Assembly: GCF_009914755.1 (NCBI RefSeq)
Contig: NC_060930.1
Source of the DNA: the human T2T-CHM13v2.0 reference genome, Homo sapiens
Reading direction: 5' to 3' (one strand)
DNA length: 64,000 nucleotides
Positions 28,633-45,183 of this stretch are shown here, one piece after another. Below the pieces are notes generated by a model. The model searched no databases, had not been told where the DNA came from, and worked only from the letters and a program-made list of their open reading frames with translations. The first letter of the stretch is position 1; the number at the start of each line of letters is the position of its first letter. A program made the position numbers and the translations under genes.

Positions 28633-30684
28633 TGTATTAGTCCATTTTCATGGTGCTGATAAAGACATACCTGAGACTGGGGAGAAAAAGAGGTTTAATG
28701 GACTTACAGTTCCACATGGCTGAGGAGGCCTCACAATAATGCCAGAAAGCAAGCAGGAGAAAGTCACATCTTACGTGGATGGTGGCAGGCAAAAAGAGAG
28801 AGCTTGTTCAGGGAAACTCCTGCTTTTAAAACCATCAGATTTTTGGAAGCTCATTCACTATCATGAGAACAGTGCAGGAAAGACCTGCCCCCATAATTCA
28901 ATCACTTCCCACCAGGTTCTTCCCATGACACATGGGAATTATGGGGGTTAAAATTCAAGATGAGATTTGGGTGGGGACACAGCCAAAGCATATCATTCTG
29001 CCCCTGGCCCCTCCCAAATCTCATGTCCTCACATTTCAAAACCAATCATGCCTTCCTAACAGTCTCCCAAAGTCTTAAGTCATTTCAGCATTAACTGAGA
29101 AGCCCACAGTTCAACCTCTCATCTGAGACAAGGTAAGTCCCTTCCACCTGTGAGTCTGTAAAATCAAAAGCAAGTTAGTTACTTCCTAGAAAGCATGGGG
29201 GTACAGGCATTGGGTAAATACAGCCATTCCAAATGGGAGAAATTGGCCAAAACAAAGGGGCTACAGACAGGCCCCACGCAAGTCCAAAACCCATTAAGGC
29301 AGTCAAATCTTAAAGCTCCAAAATGATCTCCTTTGACTCCATGTCTCACATCCATGTCACACTGATGCAAGAGGGGGGTTCCCATGATCTTGGGCAGCTC
29401 TGCCCCTGTGGCTTTACAGGGTACAACCTCCCTCCTGGCTGCTTTCATGGGTTGCTGTTGAGTGTCTGTGGCTTTTCCAGGCATACGATACAAGCTGTTG
29501 GTGGATCTACCATTCTGGGGTCTGGTTGATGGTGGCCCTCTTCTCACAGATCCACTAGGTGGTGCCCCAGTAGGGACTCCATGTGGGGCTCCAATCCCAC
29601 ATTTCCTTTCCATACTGCCCTAGCAGAGGTTCTCCATGAGAGCCCTGCCCCTGCAGCAGACTTCTGCCTGGACATTCAGGCATTTCCATACATCCTCTGA
29701 AATCTAGGTGGAGTTTCCCAAACCTCAATTCTTGACTTCTGTGCACTGGCAGGCTCAACACCATGTGGAAGCTGCCAAGGCTTGGGGCTTGCTCCCTCTG
29801 AAGCTATGGCCCAAGCTGTACCTTGGCCCCTTTTAGTAACAGCTGGACTGGGTGGGACAAAGGGCGCCAAGTTCCTAGACTGCACAAAGCACAGGAACCT
29901 TGAGCTCTGCCCACAAAACCATTTTTTTCCTACTAGACCTCCAGGACTGTGATGGGAGTGGTGCCATAAAAATCTCTGACATGCGCTAGAGACATTTTCC
30001 CCATTGTCTTGGTCATTAACATTTGGCTTCTGGTTACTTACCAAATTTCTGCAGCCAGCTTGAATTTCTCCTCAGAAAATGGGTTTTTCTTTTCTAGCCC
30101 ATTATCAGGCTGCAAATTTTCTGAACTTTTATGCTCCGTTTCCCTTTTTAAACTGAATGCTTTTAACAGCACTTAAGTCACCAAGTTCCAAACTTTCCCA
30201 CATTTTCCCGTCTTTTTCTTAGCCCTCCAGACTGTTCCATTCTTTGCCTGTTACCAGTTCCAAAGTCGCTTCCACATATTCAGGTATCTTTTCAGCAACT
30301 CCCCACTCTACTGGTACCAATTTACTGTATTAGTCCATTTTCAAGATGCTAATAAGACATACCTGAGACTGGGAAGAAAAAGAGGTTTAATGGACTTATA
30401 GTTCTACATGGGTGGGGAGGCCTCACAATCATAGCAGAAGGCAGGGAGAAGTGAATCACTTCTTGCATGGATGGCAGCAGGCAAAAAGAGAGAGAGCTCA
30501 TGCGGGGAAACTTCCATTTTTAAAACCATCAGATCTTGTGAGACTTATTCACTATCATGAGAACAGGAAAGACCTGCCCCCATAATTCAATCACCTCCCA
30601 CCGTGTTCCTTCCATGACATGTGGAAATTGTAGGAGTTACAATTCAAGGTGGGATTTGGATGGGGACACAGCCAAACCATATCA
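28633..30684 (-). mobile_element. Two-LTR THE1A/B MaLR element with an internal deletion
   Basis: LTRs 28633-28995 and 30326-30684, internal region 28996-30325, ATTAA TSD (28628-28632, 30685-30689). Confidence 0.95.
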
Positions 30685-31175
30685 ATTAATATCTTAAATT
30701 AGTATATTTAATTTGTTAGCATTAAGAAAACAATACTAACACATTATTACCAAGTCCATAGTTTATTCAATTTTATTGAGTTTTTACCTCATGTCCTTTT
30801 TTAAAACCCACGATTCCCACCAAGAATTGCCACAATACATTTAATTATCAAGTCTTCTTAGGTCCTTTTGGCTGAAAGAGCAGGAAAATTTAAAAGTGTG
30901 AATATTGCCCAGTATAAAAACATATATGTAACCATCTGTATCTATATTAAGCTTAACATGAGTTTATATTGATCTCTCTGACACTAATCTATTACTACAT
31001 GAATTTTTCTAGCCTCCTCTCATTCCTTATATGTAATGTCCTACTCCAGCAGTGAGAAAATTTGTTCTCATTATGCGTCATTCTTAATTGTTCAATTCCA
31101 GTATACCAGTAAAGTGATATTAGGATCGTTAACATATACTGCTATGTGAAACAACTTTATCAAGAGTAGAGTGTA

Positions 31176-31515
<340 letters not shown>

Positions 31516-31644
31516 TCAAAGGCACTTTTCTCCCAATCCCCTTCTTTTAGGTTATTTAATAGCTCATAATATAATTAGACTCTCTTTTTACAATCTATAT
31601 TTCTTCCTATGATTTGCAAACCTCCTATGTAATTGCTGCTTCTT

Positions 31645-31942
31645 ATTTTTTATTTTTTTCCTGGAGACCAGTTCTGTTACCTAGGTTGGAGTGCAGTGGC
31701 GTGATCACAGCTTACTTCAGCCTTATACTCCTGGGCTCAAGCAGTTCTCCCACCTCAGCCTCTTGAGTAGCTAGGACTACAGGCACATACTGCTATACTA
31801 GGCTGATTTTCTATTTTATTTTTGTAGAAACAGGGTTTGGCTATGTTGCCCAGGCTGGTCTCAAACTCCTGGCCTCAAGACATTCTTTTGCCTTGACTTC
31901 TCAAAGTGCTAGAACTATAGGCATGAGCCACCAGGTCTGGCT
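31645..31942 (-). mobile_element. AluJ
   Basis: GATCACAGCTTAC...CTCCTGGGCTCAAGC...GTTGCCCAGGCTGGTCTCAAACTCCTGGCCTCAAG. Confidence 0.9.
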
Positions 31943-32681
31943 CATTATTACTTTTTGTAGGTTGCAATTGTTAAAATGAATTCGCCATGTAGTAAATTTC
32001 TATGGGTTTTGACGCATGCAAAAAGTCATGTATCAACCATTATAGTGTCATACAGAATAGTCTTACTGCCCCAAAAATTCCATATCCTTCACCTAATCAA
32101 CCTTCCCTTGTCTTCCAAATCTTCTAGCAACCATTCATCATTTTACTGTCTTTGTAGTTTTGCCCTTTCCAGAATGTTATATAATTGGAATTATACAGTA
32201 TGTAGCCTTTTTAAAACAACTTTTTACACCTAAAAATGCATAACAATATGTATTTAAGGTTCACCCATATCTTCATGTCCCTTAAAGGCTTATTTATTTT
32301 TATTGATGATTAATATTTCACAGAATGGATGTTTATTCACCTATTGCAATCCATCTTGGTTGCTTCCAGTTTGGGGAAATTATGAATTATGAATAAAGTC
32401 ATTATAAACATTTTTATGTGGAATTTCATAAGGACATAAGATTTAAAATTATGGATAAGAGCTCAAGCACACATTGCTGAATGATATGCTAAGATTATGC
32501 TCAGTTTTATAAGAAATTGCCAAATTCTCCTCCAAAGTCGCTGTCACTGTAACATTTTGCATTAGTACCAGCAACAATTGCTTGATTTTTTTTCACCAGC
32601 ATTTATATTATCAAGTTTTTGGATTTTAGCTATTCTAATAGTATGTAGAGCTATAGGTAGTTTTCCACATAAAGATATTCA

Positions 32682-33385
<704 letters not shown>

Positions 33386-33883
33386 TTGTGGATATGTCCA
33401 TTTATTCTTTAAGTTATATCAGATTTTGTCTTATGTATTTTGATGTAAGGAGTATGCATGATAAAGAGTGCTATGTCTTCCTGGAGAATTGACTCTTTTT
33501 ATCATTATCTAATACTACTCTTATCCTTAATAATTTCCTTTGTTCTGAAGTTTGCTTTGTCTGAAATTACTATAGCTACTCCAGTTTTGTTTTATTTACC
33601 ATTAGCATAGTATATCTCTTTATTTTTAACCTGTGTCTTTATACTTAACGTAGCTTTACTTTAGACAACACAATAGTTAACTCTTATTTTTTGTATCCAG
33701 TTAACAATATCTGTATTTTAATTGGTGTGTTTAGACCATTCACATACAAAATTATTATTGATATAGTTAGATTGATACCTACCATAACGGTTTTATTCAT
33801 TACATTCTTTGTCTGCATTCTCTGGTTTTATTTCAACATTTTACATTATTTCATTTTGTTTCAATTACTCATTTTCATGAAAA

Positions 33884-34025
33884 TGTTTCACTGGTTGCTT
33901 TGTTTCACTGGTTGCAATATACAGTAACAAGTAATATAAGTCCACTTTCCAGTAAGTCTTTTTGTTTCACTGGTTGCAATATACGGTAAAAAGTAATATA
34001 AGCCCACCCTCCAATAAGTCTTTTT
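33884..34025 (+). repeat. 62-bp tandem duplication preceded by an extra 15-bp partial copy
   Basis: TGTTTCACTGGTTGC at 33884, 33901 and 33963; 62-bp units start at 33901 and 33963. Confidence 0.9.
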
Positions 34026-34942
34026 ACTTCTTTACATTTAGTGCAGGTACCTTATAACAAATTGTTGCCAGTTCCTCTTTTCTAACCTTTATAACATTGC
34101 TGTCATTCATATTCACTTATCCAAATGCTGCAAATCATCTAATGCATTGCTAGTATTATCACTTAAAAGCAGTTCTCTTTTAGATCAGTTAAGAAAAACA
34201 AAAGATTTTATATACCTTTATTTATTCCTTCTTGATGTTCTTCCTTTCTTTACATAGATCTGTATTTCTGGCCTATGTAAGTCTCATTTTCCCTGGAGAA
34301 CATGTTCTATCATTTAGTTGCGGGCGGTTCTGCTGGCAACGAATTTACACCTTTTTTTTTTTTTTTTTTTGAAGAAAGTCTCTATGTCTCCTTTACTTTT
34401 GAAGGATAATTTACTTGATAGAATTCTAAGTTGGTGTTTTTTGTTGTTGTTGTTGTTTTTGTTTTTTGTTTCTTTTTCCTTTCAACACTAAATGTTTCAC
34501 TCCGCCCTCTTTGGAGGGCACAGTCTAAATTATAGATCTAATTTTATCTTTTACCAAATAACTATCCAGTTTTCCCAGAACCATTTATTAAAATGTTTAT
34601 TTTTGCCGCAGGAATTTGAATTAACACCGTCATCATATACTTAATTTCCAAAGGCATTTGCATCTATTTTGAGGCCATACATTCTATTCTGCTGTTCTAT
34701 ATGTTTATCAATATACCAGTAAAATACTGACTTAATTATAGAGGCTTTAGAATGTATTTTAATGTCCGATAGGGCTTGTTCCCTTCTGTAGTTTTTCTTT
34801 TTCTGTATTTTGCTGCCTGTATTTTTGTTTGGTTTTTTGTATGAATTTTAGTATCAAATTGTTTAAAATCATAAAACACTTGTGACATTTTATTGAGGTT
34901 GTTTTTAATATATATATTAACATAGGGAGAACTGATATATAT

Positions 34943-35391
<449 letters not shown>

Positions 35392-36144
35392 GGAGAACTG
35401 ATATATATTTTCCTCCATTCAAAAAAGAGGTTTTTCCATTTATTCATCTAATTTTCAATTCTTGAGAATTTTTTTGTATATTTCTTATTAAGTTTATTTC
35501 TATTACTTCATTTTTGCTGTTATTGTAAATGGGATTTCCTTCTAACTTTATATTATGTAGCTTGTTATTTTTTGTGTATATGAAGGCTATTAATTTAAAT
35601 ATGTTAATTTGATATCCTGCTTACTTGCTGAATTTTATTGGTTTAGTTTTATCAAGGATTCTCTCATGTTTTTCACATATAATCTACAAATAGAGATCCT
35701 CTTACTTCTTTCTTATCAAAACTTATGCTTTTCATTTTTTTCTCTTCTATAACTGCAAAGCAAAATATTTTGTTCAGAAAATAGCATATATATTTGTCTT
35801 CTTCCTGATTTTTGCAGATATGCTGCACATTAAGTGAGATACTTACATTAATACTAAGGAACTATTGTATTTAAAAATGTTCCTTAATTTCCATTTTCTC
35901 TAGTATTGCTATCAAGAATGGCAGAAGGCTTTTTCATCATTTGTGGAGATAGCTTTATAAAATTTTACCTTAGCTCTACACTCACACTGTACTGATGGAT
36001 TTCCTAATGTCGAATCACTGCATTATTGGAATAAGTTATAGTCGGTGAAGGTATACTATTTTCTTAATGTGGAGTTGAATTATGTTTGCTAACATTTTAC
36101 TTAGTATTTTTACATCAATATTTATAGATGATATTAGCCTGAAG

Positions 36145-36548
36145 TTTATTTATTTATTTTTTTAACTTTTAAGAAGGGTACACGTGCAGGTTTGTTAACA
36201 AAGCTAAACTTGTGTCATACGGGTTTGTTTGTTGTACAGATTCTTTCATCACCCAGGTATTAAACTTAGTACCTATTGGTTATTTTTTCTAATTCTCTCC
36301 CACCTCCCACCGTCTACCCTCCGATAGGCTCCAATGTGTGTTATTCCCCTCTCTGTGTTCATGCATTCTCATCATTCAGCTGCCACTTAGGCGGTGAGAA
36401 CATGCAGCATTTGGTTTTTCTGTTCCTGTGTTAGTTTGCCAAGGATAATGGCCTCCAGCTTCATCTATGGTCCTGCAAAGGACATGATCTCATTCTTTTT
36501 AATGGCTGCATAGTCTTCCATGGTATATATGTACCACATATTCTTTAT
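36145..36548 (-). mobile_element. L1PA13-16-like 3' end
   Basis: TAAACTTGTGTCAT...GTACAGATTCTTTCATCACCCAGGTATTAA 3'UTR. Confidence 0.85.
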
Positions 36549-37909
36549 ACTTCTGTGTCTATGTCATACTTGTTTCATAAAATGATTAGAAAGTATTGCT
36601 TTATTTTCCATACTCTGAAACAATTCTGAGAATATTGGAACAACCAATTTGGGAAATTATTAGAATCCACAGTAAAAACCATCAGAGTTGGTCCTTTTGT
36701 GTGTGTATGTAGTAGTAACATAACAAATTTCTTTACTTATTCTATAAAATCTGTCTGTTTATGCTTCTTTTTTTAAATGATGCCAGTATGACCTAGGAAT
36801 TATTCATTTAATCTAAATTTTAAAATTTGTTTTCATAGAGACCTAAAAAGTTGTCTTTCATATTTAAGAATTTTTTTTTTTCTATTTCAACCGATAGCTC
36901 CCTGTTGTTATTTCTTTTCTGTATTGGGGTTTTCTATCTTTCTTTTGATGAGATTAGTTTATTATTTTTAATAAACAGAAATTTGATTTATTAATTAGGT
37001 CTACAGCTTTCATATTATATTTTATTTATTTCTTCATGTTTCCTTCTATATGGTTTCTTTGATTTACTGTGTTCCTCTCTATTTTTATTTTGAACCATGT
37101 GTTTATTTTATTCTTTTATTTCTACAGATAAAGCGTTTATTAGGATGAATTTTTCTTAGATAGCTGTTTAACTACATCTCAAATTCTTATATGTAGTGTT
37201 CCATATAAGATGGATGCTTTTTTATTTTCTGCATATATACTTATGAATATATTTTATGAATTTTGGCTTTTGGCATTAAATAGTAAACTTTTTGATCACA
37301 TTTTGTACTTTTTGGTTTGAATTCTACTTTTCTGATATTAGAACACTACCACTGCTCTTTTATTGTTTCTGTCGGTCCATCATTTTTTTTTTTAGCCTTT
37401 CTGAGTCATTATTTTTATGAGTATTTAATGTACTGCACATGATTGGGTCATACTTCATTAGTCAAATTGAAAGATTGACCTTAAGATGGACGAAGTTGAT
37501 CCTATTCACATTTATGGGTGCAATTGAAATGTTTACTCTGAACTCTGTTAAATTTTTAAGTGTATCCATTACGTGATAATTAGCTCTATTTCTTTCTTTA
37601 ATGTATTTTTTCTTTTGAATTTATGGAAAAAATGGTATTTAGGAAGGTTTTTGTTTTTATAGTAATTTCCTTCGTACTTTATCTTCTTCAATCATCTTAG
37701 TCTTCTGTTGTCTTATACAATATCTACTGTCAGTTTTGTCAGTTTTATGGTATCCTTTAATGTGATCTAATCAATAAATTTATTCTATTTTTTTCTCCCT
37801 TCTCCATCTAGTTGCATTATTTCTAATTTGTGCAACATATGACATCTGTGCATTAGTCTTTTACTGTCATCTCCACCCCATCATTCCTTTTGCTGAAGTT
37901 TTTCTAGTC

Positions 37910-38342
37910 ATGGCTTAGTTGAATTAGCTTATGCTCACAAAACATTGTTTCTGGGTGCGTTCGTGACAGTGTTTGTGGAAGACATTAGCCTTTGAATCAG
38001 TAGACTGAATATAGCAGATCCACCCTCACCAATGTGGGCAGGCATCATCCAATTTTTTGTGGGTCCAAACTACAAGAAGGCAGAGGAAAGGTGAATTTTC
38101 TGTCTACCTTCTTGAGCCGGGACATCAATTTCACCTGCCCTCAGACATTGAAGCTCCTAGTTTAGTTCTCAGGCTTTTGGACACAGACTGAATTATACCA
38201 CCAGCTTTCCCAGTTCTCCAGCTTGCAGATGGCATACCATGGGAATTCTCAGTTTCCATAATCACGTTTTATATATATATATAAATTTATATTTTTATAT
38301 GTCCTATTGGTTCTGTTTCTCTGTAGAATCCTGGCTAATACA
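37910..38342 (+). mobile_element. MLT2-type (ERVL) LTR, partial
   Basis: TTTGAATCAGTAGACTGA...CACCAATGTGGGCAGGCATCATCCAA...CCTATTGGTTCTGTTTCTCTG...CTAATACA. Confidence 0.8.
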
Positions 38343-38536
38343 ATTATTGTAGCTCAAAAGCAGCCATAGACAACCCATAAATAAGTATTCATGACTGTGT
38401 TCCAACAAAATTTTATCTTCATAAGCAGATTAGATTACTGCTCTACTAGGCGGCTCAGAGTTCATGGATGGAGAGTTCGCTAAGCTCTTGTATGCCTGAA
38501 ACTGATTTCTATAACCTTAACACTTGAAAGACAACT

Positions 38537-38741
38537 TGTAGTTGGTAATTCATACTATATTACATAGCCAGATGTAGTTTGTAATTCATACTATATTACA
38601 TAGCCAGATATAGTTTGTAATTCATACTATATTCCATAGCTAGATGTAGTTTGTAATTCATACTATATTACATAGCCAGATGTAGTTTGTAATTCATTCT
38701 GTATTACATAGCTAGATGTAGTTTATAATTCATACTATATT
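38537..38741 (+). repeat. 36-bp minisatellite, ~5.7 copies
   Basis: Unit TGTAGTTTGTAATTCATACTATATTACATAGC(C/T)AGA starting at 38537, 38573, 38609, 38645, 38681 and 38717. Confidence 0.97.
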
Positions 38742-39114
38742 TGAGTTTTTTGAAAATGTTACTCCATAAAATGTTCATACCAGGCTAATTATTTTGTCCT
38801 TGAAATTATTTGATTATGTCTCTTTGTGGCCATAAGAAATTTTTTTCTTCATCTTTTAAATGTAATAGTTTTACTATAATTGGCTTTGAAGTTGTTATTC
38901 TGGGCTAATTATCCCAGGTGTCTCATAGATCCTTTAAATGTGTACATTCAGGTTTTCTTTTATTTCTAGGAATATTTCTAAGATTGTAGTTTTGGTTATG
39001 TTATATTCCATTTTTTTTTTATCTTCTTAAGGAATACTGATCATAAAAGTATTTTTTCTTATTTTCTACCATTTCTTTCAAAAGCATTTCACTTATTCTT
39101 CTTTTTTAAAAAAA

Positions 39115-40601
39115 TTTCTTTTATTTATTTTTACTTTTTATTATACTTTAAGTTCTAGGGTACATGTGCACAATATGCAGGTTTGTTACATATGTATACA
39201 TGTGCCATGTTGGTGTGCTGCACCCATTAACTCGTCATTTAGCATTAGGTATATCTCCTAATGCTCTCTCCCCGCCTCCCCCCACCCCACGACAGGCCCT
39301 GGTGTGATGTTCCCCATCCTGTGTCCAAGTGTTCTCATTGCTCAATTCCCACCTATTCCCACCTATGAGTGAGAACATGCAGTGTTTGGTTTTCTGTCCT
39401 TGTGATAGTTTGCTCAGAATGATGGTTTCTAGCTTCATCCATGTCCCTACAAAGGACATGAACTCATCCTTTTTTATGGCTGCATAGTATTCCATGGTGT
39501 ATATGTGCCACATTTTCTTAATCCAGTCTATCATTGGTGGACATTTGGGTTGGTTCCAAGTCTTTGCTATTGTGAACAGTGCTGCAATAAACATATGTGT
39601 GCATGTGTCTTTATAGCAGCATGATTTATAATCTTTTGGGTAAATGCCCAGTAATGGGATGGCTGGGTCAAAGTTATTTCTAGTTCTAGAACCCTGAGGA
39701 ATCACCACACTGTCTTTGGCAATGGTCGAACTAGTTTACAGTCCCACCAACAGTGTAAAAGTGTTCCTATTTCTCCACATCCTCTCCAGCACCTGTTGTT
39801 TCCTGACTTTCTAATGATCACCCTTCTAAATGGTGTGAGATGGTATCTCATTTTGGTTTTGATTTGCATTTCTCTGATGGCCAGTGATGATAAGCATTTT
39901 TTATGTGTCTGTTGGCTGCATAAATGTCTTCTTTTGAGAAGTGTCTGTTCATATCCTTTGCCCACTTTTTGATGGGGTTGTTTGATTTTTTTCTTGTAAA
40001 TTTGTTTAAGTTATTTGTAGATTCTGGATATTAGCCCTATGTCAGATGGGTAGATTGTAAAAATTTTCTCCCATTCTGTAGGTTGCCTGTTCACTCTGAT
40101 GGTAGTTTCTTCTGCTATGCAGAAGCTTTTTAGTTTAATTAAATCCCATTTGCCAATTTTGGCTTTTGTTGCCATTGCTTTTGGTGTTTTAGTCATGAAG
40201 TCCTTGGCCATGCCTATGGCCTGAATGGTATTGCCTAGGTTTTCTTCTAGGGTTTTTATGGTTTTGGGCCTAACGTTTAAGTCTTTAATCTATCTTGAAT
40301 TAATTTTTGTATAAGGTGTAAGGAAGGGATCCAGTTTCAGCTTTCTACATGTGGCTAGCCAGTTTTCCCAGCACCATTTATTAAATAGGGAATCCTTTCC
40401 CCATTTCTTGTTTTTGTCAGGTTTGTCAAATATCAGATGGTTGTAGATGTGTGGTGTTATTTCTGAGGCCTCTGTTCTGTTTCCTTGGTCTACATCTCTG
40501 TTTTGGTACCAGTACCATGCTGTTTTGATTACTGTAGCTTTGTAGTATAGTTCGAAGTCAGGTAGTGTGATGCCTCCTGCTTTGTTCTTTTTGCTTAGGA
40601 T
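39115..40601 (-). mobile_element. 5'-truncated L1PA (PA5/6-like), no TSD
   Basis: ORF2 C-terminal fragments (ORFs 40290-40610, 40011-40211, 39702-39965, 39235-39708), 3'UTR and T-rich tail. Confidence 0.93.
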
Positions 40602-40684
40602 GTGAGTCAATTAAACCTCTTTCCTTTATAAATTACCCAGCCTTGGGTATGTCTTTATTAGCAGTGTGAGAATAGACTAATACA
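40601..40684 (+). mobile_element. Orphan 3' fragment of a THE1 LTR
   Basis: TGTGAGTCAATTAAACCTCTTTTCCTTTATAAATTACCCAG...GACTAATACA. Confidence 0.9.
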
Positions 40685-42004
40685 CCATAGAATATATCTT
40701 CAAAACAGTTTAAAATATGGGTCTCTGAAATGGACATATTACTTAGGTTAAAGATTATTCTGCACTGGAAACTGCAAATTTATTACTGAATATATTTCCC
40801 ATTCCAAGTTAAGTATGGTCATGCTTTTAACATATCACATTATGGTTCTTCAGCAAAACCAATTAACAGTATAAAGACAATCTAGTAATAAAGTGCCACT
40901 GACAGAAGGGCCAAAAAATGATTACAAACTTCCTTTCTCCAATTATAAAGTTTCACTGGAAATACTAAACTCAAAATACTGAATTTCCTTGCAAACTAAA
41001 GTCCAGTGTAACTAAAATCTAAAATCACACTAACTCACCCTTTGAGTATAAAACATCTATAAATCCTTACAATTGATTATCCTTCTCACTCTTAGCAAGA
41101 GGGGCTCTTAATGGATGGATGGAGTTCAAGTTTCTTCAGAAGCTACAGCCTGGGCTGCCTTTCATGGAAATGGATGAGATTCCTTGCCGTCTTGAGGAGA
41201 ATTAGTTCAATGCCAAATTTCTAATGTGCTTCACTTTTGCAGAATCCAACACATTTATAGAACATACGAGATTATCACAGCATTGAAATCACCATCACCA
41301 AATTTAGGAAACAATTAACATATGTCCCCTAAAGCAATTAACCCCAACAAAGTGATATTCCCAGAAACCAATGCTTAGCATTGCCAAGGGTGATAGCACT
41401 AACTCAGTGGTGTCTAATGAAGGAGTCTGACTTGAGTTTCAGCTTCAATAGGTTTCCAGAGTCCACTCATTGAGATATTAAATTCAATCAGGAGAAAGGT
41501 AACAAGTGGTTTATTTACCCAATGTATAGGGAAAATCAACCTATATATCTTGTCTTTGGTAATTGAGACATTACTTAATATCTGCAGTGTTTAGAAATGT
41601 GCATTATTGACATTCCCTGTCATCAGGTCTTACTTGAGGTATCTTTCTTTCTTATTCATTATATTCAGAACTCTTGCTGACTGGAGTGTGGCATGTAGCT
41701 AGTGACAAAAGGTGTTTTCATTCCTCTGTTGGTAGCACACCTTGTTGTGTTCACCCTAGTAGATGATGGTTTCCCTTTCATCCCCACATGTTTCAGCAGG
41801 ATCTTCAATTTAGGAAGATTTCTGCAGTGAGGCAGTAGTTGATGCTTCTGAAGCCAGTGTCCCTAAATGCACATGAGGACCAAAAGCACTCTTGTGCTCC
41901 TTTGCTTACCTTGGCTTCCAAATATCCCAGCCTTTGCATTCCTTCTGCATCTTTTTCTGTTGTATTGAGATATGCTCCTAGTAAATTGTTAACCAGTGTC
42001 CTTA

Positions 42005-42900
42005 ATAATTTATTTTTAATTGAAAAAAGAAGTATACATTTATGGTGTACAATATGATATTTTGATATGTGCATACATTGCAGAATGGCTAAATAAAGCT
42101 AATTAACACATACATTACCTTATCACATTTTTGTGTCTTGTGAGAACAACTAAAATCTGTGGTGTTAGCAATTTTCAAGGATATAGTACATTGTTAATTA
42201 TAATCACCATGTTGTACAATAGATCTCCTGAACTTCATCCTTCTATCTAACTAAAATTGTGTGTCCTTTGACCAACATTTCCCCAATGTCCCAGCTCCTG
42301 CCCCAGTCCCTGGATCACCATTCTATTATCTACTTCTATGAGTTTGATGTTTTTAGAATACACATGCATTGTTTTTCCTTCTGTGTCTGGTTTATTTCAC
42401 TTAGCATAATGTCCTCTGGGTTCATCCATGTTGTAAATGACAGAATTTTCTTCTTTTTTAATGCTGAATAATATTCTATTTTGTCTATATACCATATTTT
42501 CTTTATCCTTTCTTCCATTAATGGGCACTTAGGTTGACTCTGTGTCTTGGTTATTCTGAATAATGCTGCAATGAATATAGAAATGCAAATATCAATTTGA
42601 CATACTGATTTTATTTCTTTCAGACGTATGCCAAGAAATGAAATTGCTGGATCATCTGGTACTTCTATTTTTGATTTTTGAGGAATTTCCATAATGTTTT
42701 TCATAATGGCTATACTAATTTACATTCTCACCAACAGCGTGCGAGGGTTTTCTTTCCTCCACATCCTCTCTAACAATTATTTCTTGGCTTTTTGAGATTA
42801 GCCATCCTAGTAGGTGTGAGTTGATATTTCATTGTAGTTTTAATTTGTATTTCTCTGACTTAGTGATGTTGAGCATTTTTTCATATAACTATTGGACATT
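42005..42900 (-). mobile_element. L1MA-type 3' end
   Basis: ORF 42336-42704 is a degenerate ORF2 C-terminus; L1MA 3'UTR motif CACCATGTTGTACAATAGATCTC. Confidence 0.85.
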
Positions 42901-44096
42901 TAATCTGCTTAAAGATTTTCTTACGTTTACAACGATGGAATAAATATGGTTCGCTGATATAAGCTCTTTCCATTTTTCTCCTTTGCATCTTAGCAAGATG
43001 TTTGCTTCTTAAGGCATATCTAGATTTTAAATTATCGATTCTCTAAAGGTAAGAAATAGGAAGTCATTGAGCTCTGGGCCATCCAAAAAGCATACATTGT
43101 TCAAACAAATATCATCCATCTATACTTTATTTAATTGATTAATAAATAAATCCACTCAGTAGATGGACTCTGATCAAACCAACATCTCAACCAGCTAGAT
43201 TTTGCCCTATTATTGTACCCCAGGTTCCCTCTTAACATGACTTATATTTGCTATGTTTTTTCAGAGTTTAAATATGGTAAATTTCTCAAATAGTAGTAGT
43301 GCTCTCCAAATATCTATAATACCTTGAAACACACCCAGTAATTCATTACATATTTTATTCTGATCTTCCTCAACTTTTCGGCTCATGTCTTTTGAAATTT
43401 AATTTAACCATATTATTTAGCTGTTCTAATTTCTAAGTGACAGCATTTATACAGCTCTTATTAGGGACTGTCACAGTCTTTTGAGAGTATCATTCCAGTA
43501 CACTCTCTGTATCCATACCTCTTTCTCCTTCAGATGTTACTGGACACCAAGGACTATTTCTGAGCTAATAACCACTCTCCTGAAAATCCGTTTAGCACAA
43601 ACCTGGGTAGATACTGTTTTCCTTTTTATTTCAGACTCTCCAGTCCTTTAAATTTTAATTTTACCATTTTTATCAGACTATAATAAAAAGAAACCTATGT
43701 TTTCCCAATTTAATCAGTCTACCAAACTTTATTCTGTTTTCATTCTTCTATTGTTGCTGTTCTGATGGCAAACATGTTTTCAAACCCACTCCAGGTTTTC
43801 CTTACTTTTCTGGATAATCTTGATTTCAGGAGACAGTGCATTTCCTGTGCAAGCCTTGTTAACCGTTTCTTTAACCTTAAGCTTTGTGATCATTGAAGTG
43901 TGTTGAGGAGTTACATACTTTTTTCACAATACAGGGCCTCATTCTTCTAATGCTGACTTCCAGAGTAAAATCTATCCTTCTTTTAAGCTATAGGTTGCAT
44001 TTTTGAAATGTTCAACGTTTTTATAATTAACAAATCTAAAATCAACTTAATGGCTTGTGGTATCAAGTGACATTTGAAACTATGGAGAAAATATAA

Positions 44097-45183
<1,087 letters not shown>

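Noticed and set aside
29179-30044. ORFs of 122-144 aa
   Set aside because: Broken frames within the THE1 internal region; no evidence of a host gene
38537-38741. 36-bp repeats as a CRISPR array
   Set aside because: Head-to-tail units with no spacers, no cas genes, and a primate context
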